Source: Diplonema japonicum (taxonomy: Eukaryota > Protista > Euglenozoa: Diplonemea). Taken from it: a stretch of DNA of 64,000 nucleotides. Position 1 is the first letter of the stretch; each line of letters starts with the position of its first letter. A program made the position numbers and the translations under genes. Below are positions 1-12,900 of the stretch, in pieces. The notes below the pieces were generated by a model. That model worked only from the letters and a program-made list of their open reading frames with translations. It did no database searches and was not told where the DNA came from. The stretch is from contig OZ025744.1 in the NCBI GenBank assembly GCA_964019335.1, positions 124,001-188,000 of the forward strand, written 5' to 3'.

Positions 1-664
1 TCGGCTGGTACGCATTTGTAGATAGGGTTTGTAAATGGGTGATCGAGTGTTGGTGATTTGAATTGTGATAATCCAACGCAATACAAGCTTTAATGAAACC
101 AGTATTAAGATGGAATTCACGACCGGACGTTTCTGTGAGATATTTCGAGAAGTTTTCAACGCCGGTTCTGTAGGATTCCCCGCCTACAACCACCAGATAA
201 ACATCCAGACCTAGATATGCTTCGCCGGAAACCTTTGCGAGGATTTCAAGAGACAGAGAGAGGGATACTGTGTCTCTCCACCACACGGTTATGAGAAACG
301 CGGAGCTGCCGAAGCCCCGGTCTGATTCCACTTTGATTATTCTGTTTTTTGTGCCGTTTTGTACTTCTAAAAGCCCGCCCTTGATCCTGGTTTTTACGAA
401 GGATTCTGTTAGTTCGCCCCATCCGTTTTCCCCTGCTTTTTTTAACTCTTCTGCGACAGACAGCACCCTCGCCACGTCCTGGCGGACGATGGGGTTCCTC
501 GTGCCGCCTATCATCAGCGAATTCTCGGAGAAGTACGTCCCCCTGGAAAAATTCAAAGGGAGCAACACTGTTCCCGCCACGCTTGCGGCGCATAGGAGCA
601 GCGCAATGGTTTTGATGTGCTTTATGAGGATGCTGAATAGAATCTTTTTGAGTCCGAGGCCCAT
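1..664 (-). CDS. GAA1: GPI transamidase subunit GAA1/GPAA1 (5' part; runs off the window start)
   Basis: Manual translation from ATG 664: MGLGLKKILFSILIKHIKTIALLLCAASVAGTVLLPLNFSRGTYFSENSLMIGG... An N-terminal TM helix is followed by the GAA1-typical TYFSEN(A/S)L motif. The frame is open to position 1 and ends ...NAYQP, near the GxxPNxD motif. Not in the ORF track because there is no stop in the window. Confidence 0.8.
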   Translation of the reverse strand, partial: MGLGLKKILFSILIKHIKTIALLLCAASVAGTVLLPLNFSRGTYFSENSLMIGGTRNPIVRQDVARVLSVAEELKKAGENGWGELTESFVKTRIKGGLLEVQNGTKNRIIKVESDRGFGSSAFLITVWWRDTVSLSLSLEILAKVSGEAYLGLDVYLVVVGGESYRTGVENFSKYLTETSGREFHLNTGFIKACIALDYHNSNHQHSITHLQTLSTNAYQP

Positions 665-1047
665 TTTTTTTTTTTTTACACCACTTTTTTTTTTTTCCTA
701 TTTTGTAATGGGAGGTTTTTTTTTGGGGGGGGGGAGACGGAATATAAAAATAAATAAAATAAAATAAGAAACATTGCTTTCACGAAAGTGGGGGGGGGGG
801 GGTGGAGGGCAAAAAATTAAATAATAGCCTCCCCTCCCATATTTTGCAGATGAAAAAAAAAAGAAAAAGAAATAGGTGCCTTTTTTTTTTCCTGCAGGGG
901 TTTCACCCTGTCATTTTCTTCTTCTTCATGTGGCTCGCTTTTTGTTTTAGATATTTCTTTCTTCTATTTATGCACCCCCCCCATTTTTTTTCCTCTTTGC
1001 GGTTGAGCCTCATGTGAAGGCACGCTTTAGCACAGTAGCTGGAAGGG

Positions 1048-1078
<31 letters not shown>

Positions 1079-1154
1079 AAGAGGACTGGCCATTTTTCTA
1101 TTATTCTCAGGCCCTTTTTTTCTTCTTCTTCTTCTTCCCTGTTTGTTTTTTTTT

Positions 1155-1717
1155 TTTTATTTCACTCTTCGTCATTTTCTTCACTCACTAGGGGCCTCAT
1201 TATTTAACGCGAAATGGCCATTATTTAACGCGAAACGGCCATTATTTAACGCGAAATCGCCATTATTTAACTAGTTAAATAATGAGATTTTGCAGTTAAA
1301 TAATGGCCCTTCAGAGTGAAAAAATGGGTCTTGTCGTGGAAAAAAATGCACCCAACCCCTTGAAAAAATTTTTTGGGGTGGGGGTATTTTGACTATTTTT
1401 GGCCATCTGAGGCCATTCCAGCCCTTAAAAGTGGGAATAAGTGCCTTACTTCCCCTTTAAATGCCACGGCGAAATAGCTACCCTGTATTACCTTAGGAAA
1501 ATCCCCAAAAAGCTGACCTGCGTGAAAAAAAACAGCAGTGAAAGCAGTGAAGAGTGAGTGACTCAAATGACGAAGAGTGAAATAAAACGACTTACTTGCC
1601 GCCAAATGAGCCATTATTTAACACTCGTTACCCGTTTTTTTGCACTCGGGCCCTGCGGGCCCTCGTGCAAAAAATTCGGGAACTCGAGTTAAATAATGAC
1701 TCATTATTTGTTGGCAA
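1155..1717. mobile_element. Non-autonomous inverted-repeat element with phased CATTATTTAAC sites and a terminal hairpin
   Basis: TTTATTTCACTCTTCGTCATT (~1156-1176) is inverted at ~1566-1587. There are eight copies of CATTATTTAAC/GTTAAATAATG and a ~120-bp imperfect hairpin at ~1596-1717. Confidence 0.6.
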
Positions 1718-2379
1718 TAAATAGTTATTTTTCTCTTTCTTTTTTCTTTTTTTTTTCTGTTGCCTCACAATATTTTTTTTTTAAGACTTTTTTTTTCAGT
1801 GTGCAGGAGGGCTGCTCGCTACTAAAAGGGGAAAAAAAGAGTTGGTTTTTTAGATTTTTTTTTTTTTTTGCACGGTATAAACCTTGGGGATAAATACTGC
1901 ATGTTGCCACTCCTCTTTTTTTCTCATAACAATAAACTAAGCAGTACTTTAAGAAATAAAAAAAAAAAAAAAAAAAAAAAAAAACACCATTCGATCACCG
2001 TTGGTAACTGTCTGGTGCAAGCTGTTTTTTTTTTTCTATTTTTTCTTCTTCTTTTTTCTTTTCTTTTTTTTTTTTTTTGCGCGCTGCAGATTTTCTGGAT
2101 GCGGCCCTAGGTTCCCCCTGTGTCCTCTCGGCCATTTTTGAGGCGTTCTTCTTGTGAGTTTCGCTTGCTGCCTTGGTGGAGGGGAAAAAAAAAAAAAAGA
2201 CAAAACATAACTTTTTTTTTTTGTTATATTACTGTTATTCTCCCCTACCTCCCCGAACGGGAAGAAATCCTTCCCTCTGAAGGTGGGGGGTGGGGGGATT
2301 AGGGGCTTACTGCCCAAGAGGGGGGATGGGGTGAAAGGGAGAGGGGAATAGGGGGAGAGAAAAGGACAAAAAGCCCTTT

Positions 2380-2410
<31 letters not shown>

Positions 2411-2939
2411 CCCTTTTTTCAATATCGATACCATCAGAAGCCCATCATAAGCAAGTTTTTTAAATTAAAATTTCAAACAACACGAAAGCGTTACGGAAAG
2501 TGTCTCATATTGAATGGGAAAACAAACTATAAATTGGATGGGGGAAAAAAAAATGTTGGTCTGGACAAATGTCCGATTTCTTTTCCCTACGTTTACAGCA
2601 ATTGTTTTTTTTTTTTTTTTTCCCGCCCTTTTGTTCAATTCGTTTTTCTTTCTTTCTTTCTTTCTTTCTTTTTTTTTTCCCCCACTTTAGGGCCTCAAAT
2701 AAAAAAAGATTTTTTGAAGGAAAAAAAAAAGAGAGAAAAAAAAAAAAAAAAGAAGAAAACTCTTCACTTTTTTTTTTGTTGTCGACTTCTTAGGAGGGGG
2801 GAAATAAAAAGGGGGTGAACGGCTACTAAAAAAAAAAAAAAAAAAAAAAAAAAAGACAACAACAGCAAACAACCCAGTAAAGGAACGCTTTTTTTTTTTT
2901 TTTTTTTTTTTTTTTTTCCATTATTTTACACCTCCACTA

Positions 2940-3905
2940 TCAATACCGTGGAGAGCCGCTGGTTCCAGGGTGCAGCGGTGACCACGTCCGCTCGTACCTC
3001 GAATGAGACAAGTTGCTATAAGGCGACTGAGGGTCGCAGGCAGACCAACTATCTTCCATGTCAAGCGAACGGGCTGAGTGAGAATGGGGAATAGGGGTAT
3101 TAACACCTCCCGCCCCCTGTGCTTGATGGATGGCTGTCGTCATGTGAATAATGTGGTCACACAATTTTGTGGAGAACTCCTTTCTCCTGGCAGACACCTC
3201 GGAGGAGAGCATCTGCAACTCGTCAAGACTGTCCTCACCTGGTGTTTTCTGCCGCTCTCTCTCTCTCTTTGCAAAGCTGTGGCTGGACCTTTGCGAGGTA
3301 CCACCATGGTGGTACGTGTTGCGGGGCTGCCTCTGCCGCCTCTCTTTCCTCACCTTCATCGGGCTCCTTTGCGTTGTAGAACCGGTGACAGTACTACTCA
3401 TATCCCTTTGGGTCTGAGCCAAACCTACATTGATCGGTGGTACCTGAAGTTTTTTTTTCTTTTTTTTTTTTCCCCATTTCTCATACCGACCGGACCGGGG
3501 CGCTCTGGTACGAGTGAGCTGATATCCCGCTGTGCTGTCTGCTGATGTGGCCCATGCTAGATCTCTGTTCGACCAGTTTGTCCGGGGAAGGGGACGCGGC
3601 TCCGAGCAAAGGTGTGTTGTGCATGGGTGACGATATTGGGGAAGGCTCCATGGGTTCGGGTGCGGGAACGAGATCATTGCACTCTCGACTGACCTGGGGG
3701 GGGGGGGGGGGGGGGGGGGGGGTTTGTTACAAGAAAAAAAAAAAACAACCTGAGCAAGCCTCGCCCCTTCAGCTTTGTTCATTGATGATAGTTTGAGGAA
3801 GACTCCTACGCCAGCGCAGAAACAGAGCTGTAAGTGTGTGGTTAGAGACGGAAAAAAAAAAAAAAACAAACATACCCCTCCTATGACAATTGCTATCGCT
3901 GACAT
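2940..3905 (-). CDS. Hypothetical ~272-aa protein with N-terminal hydrophobic anchor; 4 exons (3876-3905, 3750-3827, 3487-3693, 2940-3443)
   Basis: Three phase-0 GT-AG introns (3828-3875, 3694-3749, 3444-3486) remove homopolymer stretches and give a continuous frame: MSAIAIVIGG|LCFCAGVGVFLK...RLAQ|VSRECND...APVRS|VPPINVG...SPRY*. Intron 1 has a CTAAC branch motif. Confidence 0.65.
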   Translation of the reverse strand: MSAIAIVIGGVCLFFFFFPSLTTHLQLCFCAGVGVFLKLSSMNKAEGARLAQVVFFFSCNKPPPPPPPPPRSVESAMISFPHPNPWSLPQYRHPCTTHLCSEPRPLPRTNWSNRDLAWATSADSTAGYQLTRTRAPRSGRYEKWGKKKKKKKLQVPPINVGLAQTQRDMSSTVTGSTTQRSPMKVRKERRQRQPRNTYHHGGTSQRSSHSFAKRERERQKTPGEDSLDELQMLSSEVSARRKEFSTKLCDHIIHMTTAIHQAQGAGGVNTPIPHSHSARSLDMEDSWSACDPQSPYSNLSHSRYERTWSPLHPGTSGSPRY

Positions 3906-4506
3906 TTTGAAAAAAAAAAGGAAAAGAAAGGCGTAGTAGTGGGGGGGGGGGGGGGGGGTAGCAGTTGTTTTTCTTGTTTTCTTTTTTTTCTTCAAACTTT
4001 TTCTTTTTTTGGGGGGGGGGTGGAGAAAAAGTGCCTCGCAAGCGTTTTCCCAAACCACAGGAAAAAAAAAAAAGGAGAGGGGAAAAGGTTGACAAGGTAT
4101 GTGATTAGCGGGATGGGGGGGGATTCAAAATAGATTTCTTCTTTTTTTTTTTCCCCACTCGTTTTAACTAGCAGACACGCATTTTTTTTTTTTTTTCAGA
4201 GTTTCGTTTTTTTATTTATTTATTATTCCCTTCCCTTTTTTTTTGATTTTTGTGTTGTGTGTGTTTTTTTTTTTTTATTTCTTTTTTTTTCTGCCCTGTA
4301 GTGTAGTATTTTTCAATATAGAAAATAAAAAAAGAGAAATAAAAAGAACTGAGCATGCAAGAAAAGATTTTTAAAACAACCCCCCCCAACACACACACAC
4401 ACCCACAAGACCATAATTCTATATTTTCCCTGCCAAACACCCCCCCCCCCTTTCTTTTTTTAAAAAAGAAGATTTTTTTTTTCTTTTCAGACAGAGGGTG
4501 TCTTAC

Positions 4507-6033
4507 CTTCGTGTTCAACTGTTATGTCAGGCCATTTTGTACCAAGCACTACGTGGAACTGTTTTTTTTTTTTTTTTTTTTTTTTCTTCCCCATTCTTCT
4601 ACCCCTCACACCTTTGGCGCGAAAACCTTGCACACGAGACTTTGCATCCCAGCAGGCAGCTCATCAAAATGCATCCACAGAGACCATAAGGCTTCTTTTT
4701 TCGTTTTTCCACAGTGCCGGCACACAGGAGAGTCTTCATTGAGCCCAAAACACATTGTTTTGTACCTCCCGTGGTAACACGTGGCGCACCTCCACGGACC
4801 GGAAGGGGGATCCAGGTGGTCGAAAGTAGGCTCGGCATCTGATGAAGAATCACCTTCCGAACAGTCTTTGATGTCCGGGTCCTCAACAGCCATCAGCACC
4901 TCATAATTCCATGTTTTGTGTTTCCCAGGGCGAGCCTTCTTGTCGCTTTCTCGGGCTTGGATGACGTCTTCTAAAGTTCCTTTTTTCGGTTTTTTGTAGC
5001 TTTCAACGTGTTTTGCCGGCGCTTTTGGTGCGTCTCCTTTCAAAGCAGTTCCTTTAATCTTAGCAAGTCTCGGGCCTCCAGGGGCCAGCCCGTTCCAGTG
5101 GCATAGCACAATTTCTTCACCTCCTGTCGGGAGGGAATGTCTACCCATTAAACACAATGTTGTAAAGTGATCGCCACCGTGGAGAAGCCATATGTTGCTG
5201 GAGGGGCTTTTCAGCGTGTCGGCAAGCGGGACCTTTGTTTCCCACTCCTGGTAAGAGAGAATACCGATTTCAGTGTTCCAGTCGGTTTTTTCCCCAGACA
5301 CTGAGTAACTAGATGTGTTCCCCCCTGCCTTGCCTTGCAGGAACAGACCAACAAGCTCACTAGTACAAGTAAAAAACGGTGGTAAAATAAGAGGTGGTTC
5401 CCCTACATCAGACGCAATGTCTTCCTTGACCAGGTCAAGCCCTCTTGTAAGAATTCCCGTGTATATGAGAAGGGGCAGGCATCCTCTGGTGGTGTACATG
5501 TTTTGGTGTTTTTCAAGGTATTTTGAAAGGTCGGAGGGCGGGACATCTTCTGTTGCAATTTCGCCAGAAAGTGGGGGTGGGTCAGCTGTCCATTTGCACA
5601 TTCTGATGGGCTGTGTGGGATGGGTCTTGTTGGTGTTCAAAAGGGTGTATTTTAAGGCTGTCAAAAGGGTGGACATTGATGGTGTTTCGTCAGGCGTGCC
5701 GCCTTGTTCCATAACCGTTTTCGAGACGTATGCCTGTATAACTGAGAGAAGGCCGCATGGGCCGTTTTTATTCTGTGCCAAGCCCCAGCCTTCTTTGAAT
5801 TGCAGGCCTTGTTCCATCCAGGATTCGGGGATGGGTTGGGTTGAGTCGGGCCACACCAATCCATACCATGGAAACGGTGCTTTAAACCCACCGGCGTTTC
5901 CATTTGTGTCATTTTCGGTATCCCCGCCGAAGTGGAGGTTCATCGCCAGTTCAACATTTCCCCCGGATGCATCATAGAGCGCTTCTGCCTGTTGCTGGCT
6001 TATGCCGAGCATTTCTACAAGTTGAGTTGCCAT
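4507..6033 (-). CDS. MINDY-3/4-type (DUF4205) deubiquitinase with N-terminal UBA-like domain and inserted RanBP2-like Zn finger; intron 4559-4611, last exon uncertain
   Basis: UBA-like 'MLGISQQQAEALYDASGGNVELAMNLHF'; catalytic QxxxGPCG and GDHFT; WRCATC...CRHCG. Splicing AAG|GTGTGA...CAG adds FHVVLGTKWP, matching the MINDY-3/4 C-terminal TKW motif. A second donor GTAAGA follows at 4506. Confidence 0.8.
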
Positions 6034-6095
6034 TTTTTTTTTTTTTTTGTTTTGTTGTTGTGTGTATATAAATGTTCTTCCTGGTGATTATTGTT

Positions 6096-6135
<40 letters not shown>

Positions 6136-6177
6136 GAAGAATATGGGGAAGGGGAAGAAAAAGGATTTGTTCCCCCT

Positions 6178-6214
<37 letters not shown>

Positions 6215-6726
6215 CCGTTTTGTTCTAAAGAAAGAAGGGTGCATTGTAAGGAATTGGAAATGTGTGTGGGTGAGCCAAAAAAAGGGGACTAAAAAAAAAA
6301 AAAGCAAATACTGTAACACAAAAAAAGAGGGGGGGGAAATGAAGAGAAATTCAAAAAAGAAAGGGAGGGGGGCGGGGCGGGGCAGGAAGTCACGATGGGT
6401 GATAAGGTAAAAAGGGGGGGGATCAAAAAAGATTCCTTTTATCTTTTTCCCCCCTCACCCTTTTAAAAAAAAAAATAAATACCCCGTGTTTTCCTTTATT
6501 TTTCCCCTCCATCTTTCTAACCTCCCCCACACCTCCCTTTATGTTATCTTTTAAAAAAAAAAGACAGGGGCAAAGGGCAAAAAAAAAAAAAAGAAAAGGA
6601 ATATAGTTCTATGAAAAGAGACGTAACAGAGGTGTAAAAAAAAAAAAAAAAGAAGGGAACAAAAAAAAAAAGAGATAATACTACTACGAAAAAAAACTTT
6701 TTCGAATGGGAAAAAAAAAAAAAAAG

Positions 6727-6765
<39 letters not shown>

Positions 6766-6914
6766 CCTTTCCCCCCCCCAGCCCTCTTTTTGTTTCGTAA
6801 CCGATTCGATGGGGAATAAAAAAAAATCCCCTCTTTCTTATATTTACAACATGAAAAAAAAAAAAAAACTATTCTGTTAACTGAATCGTCCAATACTTCT
6901 TATCCTTACAACTA

Positions 6915-9900
6915 TCATGCACCAAACCCCATTTGGTCAATAGGATTGGATACAGCGGGTTTGACCAAGGTGGGGTCAACACCATCAGAATATGTTTGGT
7001 CAGGCCACTGGATACGCAGAGTTCCGTCAGGGTTGGCCGAGTGCACCCGCCCGGTAGACCACGTTTCACCCCACTGCACCGACACATGCTCACCCACAAG
7101 ATGCTGGTTTGGAGAAGCAACCTGATGGTCTGGAACAACCGCAACATGGTGCGCGGGGTTCAGTCTCAACTCTGAAGGTGTCATCCCCGATGTAGCTGTT
7201 CCGTCCTCCCAACAAACAGTAAACCTACCATCAGGGTCGCTCTCAGTTATCACAGCAGGGAACCACTCTTCCCCGTGATACCCGAGAACCTGATCACCAA
7301 CACAAAACCTCCCCATTCCCCGTGGTTCGATGTCATCTGGGAGGACACCCTTCGTAACGTCACCATCGCCCCAGTCGATTATGTATGCCCCATCTTCCAG
7401 GCGGCCTCCGATTCTTCCCGACACCCATTCCCCGTTGTAGTTCACATCAACAGGTGTGCCGTCACGAAGCCCGGATATGTTCGAGTCTTGGTAACCTCCG
7501 GAGACGTCGGACATCTCGTAGGTGTTCCCGACGTGCTTCTCGTTTCTGTACGGGTTTTCAAACGTTTCGTCCGAACCGGTCGATTTTTCATTATTTGCTT
7601 GTTTCGACTTCCCCCCTCTGCACAGGACGAGAAGGATGATAGCCAAACATATTATTATCGCCATCGCAATGAGCAGCCAGAACCACCATTTATCAACAAT
7701 ATCGTCGTCGCTGCTAGACGTCGGGGACGGTGTCTGAAACACGACAGGGTCGTTGGTGGCGGGTACTGATGTTTGGATCTGTGAGGCTCCCCATGTTGAC
7801 GGCAGTACGCCGGCTTGCCCGCCGTTGACGTCCGACACCAAGAGCTGCTTCCCGTACGACCGCCTGTCGTTTGTTTTCTGCGACGTCTCGCTGGACACAG
7901 CCGATACAAGGTCGAACTCCAAATATGTGTCCGTAGCAGAGACCGTTGTCTGTAACATCTGCCCCATGTGCCGGGTTGCCGTTCCTGTGACACATCCTTT
8001 CTGAACAAAGCTCGACCTTGTCCGCGTGCATTGCATGTTCGGGCAGACCCCCCCTGGGCACATGTACAGCATCACAGGTTCGACCCCGGCAGGCTGAAAA
8101 AAAAAAATGTGGGTATTGTGTGTGTTTTCAGCATACCCCAACGACTTGTTTGACTGAATTCGCGAAGCCCGTCCACGAGAACTCCGCAAACGGTTTGTTC
8201 AATAGCATTCTGTACACTTGGTTGGAGAGGTTTTCAACGGCGGTGGGGATGTTGTCGGGCTGCGCAGAGGTGGCTGTAAAAAAAGAAATTTGAGGGGAGA
8301 GGGGGGGGGGGGAACATACTTGACTTCGCATAATCAGCAGCCACAGTTGGCGTCACACCCGTCAGCCTCTGGTACGCAGCAATGAGGTTCGGGAAGGTGT
8401 GCTGCTGTGACGCATAGGCGCCAGCGACCTGTCTGTTCACAGCAGTCGCGTTGGTAAGCGATACCGTGTTGACAGTGTGCTGCAGAACCGCCCCACCCGT
8501 AGCCGTTTGAAGCATGGCGTCCACCCTGCTAGGGTGCACCAAGTACGTCCCTGCAAGATCCTTCTCAGCGGCCACCTGCAATTCCGGAACATTCGACAGA
8601 GGGACCCTCGTCATGTCCAAACCGTTCAGCATTAAACTGCTAGATATCACGTACGTGGTGCTGTTCCCCTGCACGACTGTCGACCTTCCGTAGTCGATGA
8701 CGGGCTGTGCGTTGCCTGTCATGGCAGCATAGGCTTGAAAGGTCCGTGGGAGCGTCACAGTGTTTGTAGAGTGAGCTCTGTTGATGTTCTGTGTGAGGAC
8801 GTCTTGGTTCCCTAATGATGTCAAGTCGACGGTGTGGAAGACGGTAGTTGACTGTGCGTTGCTGTCTGCTAGCAGTTGAACGGCGACGACACTCTCCGGA
8901 ACGCCGTACGAGCTCGCAAGGTCTGTGACAGCGTTCCGCCTTAAGGTCTCCACGTCTGCTGTGCCTAAGGTGCTGATGTCCATCCCGTTGGCGATGACAA
9001 CACCCGGTACCACGACGGACTGTGCTGTTGGAGTTGGTGTTGTGCTCGACCCCGGGGGCAACGGTGTGATCGGCCCCGGAGCCGTCACAACCACGCTCGA
9101 GTACCTTACAACCCTGGTCCCTTTGCCCTGCAGCGGCCTTGCGTTTCCGTACAGCTCCATGGGGGACGGGATAGCGATGTTCCTTGCCCTACCGGCGGCG
9201 ATCTCGGCAGGGATGCCGAGTTTCTCTCTCAACACGTTCATCTGCCCTTGGCTCACTCCCATCGCTGACGCGTACACGTACCTCCTGACACCCTCTGTGC
9301 ACGGTGGTGTCGTCTCTGACCCGTCGTACATGTAAACACCTCTCTCAATCGGCAGCGTGCCGCCTATGTCAACAGGCACCCTCGTCACCTTGTTTTTAAT
9401 AGGAACCTGGTGCTGCGGATTGTCGAAGCGTGCCGCGGGGACCGTCGCGTCTGCGGCAGGGATGTCGTTCCAGAACTTGTCCAGCCACGTGTTGGCCGCG
9501 CTGCGTATCTCGTACATGATACTGACAGCAACGTGTTGCGAGTACCCCGAAGTGGGGATCTGCTCCTGCCCGGCGGCCGCTTTATGGTAAATTACCATTT
9601 CCATGGCCCATTTCCCGCCCCCAACAGCGTGTTCCCCCGGACTGTGCAGCTCGATATGAGTAATAATGTACCGAACACCACCCTGGTTGGGGTCGTTGAG
9701 GTACCCAGGAGGGTTCAGGAAGGTAAGTTTCAACCCGCCAACACCGTCGTTACGGATGGTCATCGGGTTCTGATCCCCGGTGGAGGAATATGTGTAGGTG
9801 AGGTCCCGCAAGGTGGTATCGAGAACACTACCGTCGAGGGTGACGGGGGACTGGTTGTTACCGGAGCAGGCAGGGTAGGTGAGCCTCCAGTTTGCAGGGC

Positions 9901-12900
9901 CCTTGTTGGAATGTTCCAGGTAGAACCAAGGCGTGGCAGGCGGCGGCTGCGATGCAGTGCATTCCCTGTCGTCCTTCTGCTGCGCGGAGTCCGTCGGTGA
10001 CGTTACCGTACCAACAGGCGCAACACCTGTTGATGACCGCATCTTAACAACCCGTGTGTTGACCTGCTGGACGGGACGGATGTTACCAAAGGTCGTGCAT
10101 GGTTCATCAGGGAAACCACTTTGCTTGGCTTTTTCAAGCTCAAGATTGAGGCCAAGCGCAGATCGAAGCGCAGTAATCTGATCAGAGCTTATGGTGTTCG
10201 GCGTGGAGTACACGTACCACCGTGTTCCCTCCGAGCAAGGCGGCGACGTCATCGACCCATCGTACGTGAAGTACTCCATGTCAGCAGGCAGGATGTCCTC
10301 AACACGAAGCTGAAGACCTATCACAGTGCTGGTAGGGTGATACTGCTGGTAGGGGTTCGTGTACGCTGTCTCAACTGTTAAGGGTGTCGTTGGTAGTTTA
10401 TCCCAAAACAAGTCCAGCCATGAGTTCTTCACATCCCCCAGCCTGAACAGAACCCCCATCGCCAATGTGGGGAGTCCCGTCGCGGTGCTCGGTTGTCCCG
10501 TTGCCTTTTTATGCCACACTTGCATCTCAACGTCGAAGTGCTTCCCCCCGACGGTGTGCTCGCTGGGGGTTCTGAAGATGATATGGCTCAGCTCGTACCG
10601 CGTCCCTCCGGTGTTCGGGTCCTGCACGGCGCCCATCTCCCCGTCTTTGAACGTCAGACGAATCGCTGCCTGGTCGTTCGTGATTGTGTACGACCCCGTG
10701 TTGTACAGGTACACAAGTGGTTGGAGCTGTGCATCGATGACGGCTCCTTCCATGTTCAACGGGGCTTGCTGAGTACCCGTTGCGCAGGTTGGGTATATAG
10801 GACCACTTCCCGGGGCGTTAAGGGTGCCCCATGATGAAGGACCTCGTGATTGAACTTCTGTGTACAACCAAGGTTTTTGAACAGTCGGTGTGGTGCATTG
10901 CTCGGTCGTGCTTGGCGCCGTGGTCGACCAACCTCCAGAACGAGTGGCGCCGGTTACGTCGCCCATGCCTGCAACACCAACATTCCCGCTCATCTTGATG
11001 GTCCTGCTGTTCAAGGGTTGCGTTGGCCGGTTGTTCCCGAAGGTGGTGCAGGGTTTTGGGTAATACCCACGCCTTCCAGCCTCCTGCAGCTCACCGGTCA
11101 TATTCATTGACACACGATACGCTTCAAGCTGGGCCTTGCTGACTCCGACAGGCGAGCGGTACACGTACCACTTAACCCCTTCCGTGCAAGGGGGTTCAGT
11201 GAACGAACCGTCGTATGTAAAGAACTCCCTATTGGTGGGAAGCATTGCTGCTATGTTCAACGGTGTCGTGACGCCTTCGACCCTGGTGCTGTGGAAGCCT
11301 TCAAACGGGTTGGCGTACACGGCGGAGGGCGTCAGGGGTGTCTTTGCTAGGTTTTTAAAGATGACGTCCAAGCTGGGGTTGTCCTGCCCCTGCACTTCGA
11401 AGAGAACAGTCACGACAAGGTCGTCGTACTTTGAAAAGGCACCGGCATCCTGCGGCTGAAGATTAGAGGCGGATTCCTTGTGGACAATGTGCATCTCCAA
11501 ATCGTAGAGGCCACCGTTAATGGAGTGCTCTGAAGGGCTGTGGAAGTGAAGGTTTATCACGTCGTACCGCTTCCCCCCAAGGTTCTTGTCGACGACATGC
11601 CCAGCACCCCCGTTTGAGGTATCGAACACGACGCGCCCGTTCCTTTGGTTGTTCTCAACAGTGAAGCCGACTTGTTGGCGGTAGCTGTACTCCACATCCG
11701 ATAGCGTCCCGTCCAGTACCGCAGATGTGATGTCAACCGGGGACTGCTCCACTGAGGAGCCTCTCGAACACGACGGATACAGAATATCGCTGTTTTGCTC
11801 GTTTCTAATGGTCCCCCAGTTGCTCGGACCCCTCCCTGCGATCTCCGTGTACAGCCACGGCTGCGTCGAGCACTGTTCTTGCTCGTTGTAGACAGATGTG
11901 ACGGGACCCTTCGCTGCAGCGGCCTCGCTTGATTTCTTCACGATCCTCCCGTTCCTAGGTTGCACCGGTCTGCTGTTTCCAAATGTGCTGCACTTGCTGG
12001 GGTTGAAACCCATACCCTTCGCCGTCGACAGCTCCGCTTCAAAACCCATCTTCGCTCTGAAATCAGCCAGTTGTCTGTCGCTGATCTCCAACACCTGACT
12101 GTACACGTACCATTGTACGCCTTCCGTGCACGGTGGGACGGTCTTACTGCCTGTGTACGTCATGAAGCCCCCACCAGATGGGATGAACTCTTGAGGGCTC
12201 AGGGTAACTGTAGCACCACCCCCGGTTGGGGTGAAGGATTGCCAACTGCTCGTGTACAGAACACCAGGGTCAAGAGGGGTGTCTTGCAGGAAACCCCACA
12301 GCTTCGCCAAGCTTGGGTTCTCGCTGCCTCCCGCCTTCAGCAACACCGCAACGGAGACCCTTTTAATCTGCCCGTGAACGTTCGCTTCTTGCGGCTGACC
12401 GATGGCCTCTTCGTGGTGAAGCTGAACCTCCATATCATACAGACCACCGTCGATAGCGTGCTCAGACGGAGCATGGAACTCAACGTGGCTCAGCTCAAAC
12501 CGTTTAGACCCCTGGTTGGGGTCGGTGATGTACCCAAGGGATCGAACCGATGTGCAAACGGCAGGTGATGGTGTGGAAACAGGCGGCTCGGCTAGTGCCT
12601 TCCCCGATCTCGACGTGGTCGTGGACCCCGTGTACCACGGAGCTGCCTTCACAGTCAGAACATGCGAACGCTGGTTGTTGTGGAAGTTGACGTTGCACAG
12701 CGTGTTGTAGCTGTACGACAGCGGGCGGAGGTTGAGGTCGATGACGGTGTCGTTGATATCGAGAGGCGACTGCGTGCTTCCAGAAGAGCACGTCGAGAAG
12801 AGAGGAGTCCCCCCACCAGCCGACGTGATGGTCCCCCAGTTAGATGGACCACGGGAAGCAACATCGGCATAACCCCATGGTTGGTAGCCCACCCCTGTAG

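Noticed and set aside
800-2900. Numerous poly-Phe/poly-Lys ORFs here and in other spacers, and N-terminal extensions of real ORFs
   Set aside because: These are translations of stop-poor A/T/G/C homopolymer tracts. True starts are the ATGs immediately after the A-runs.
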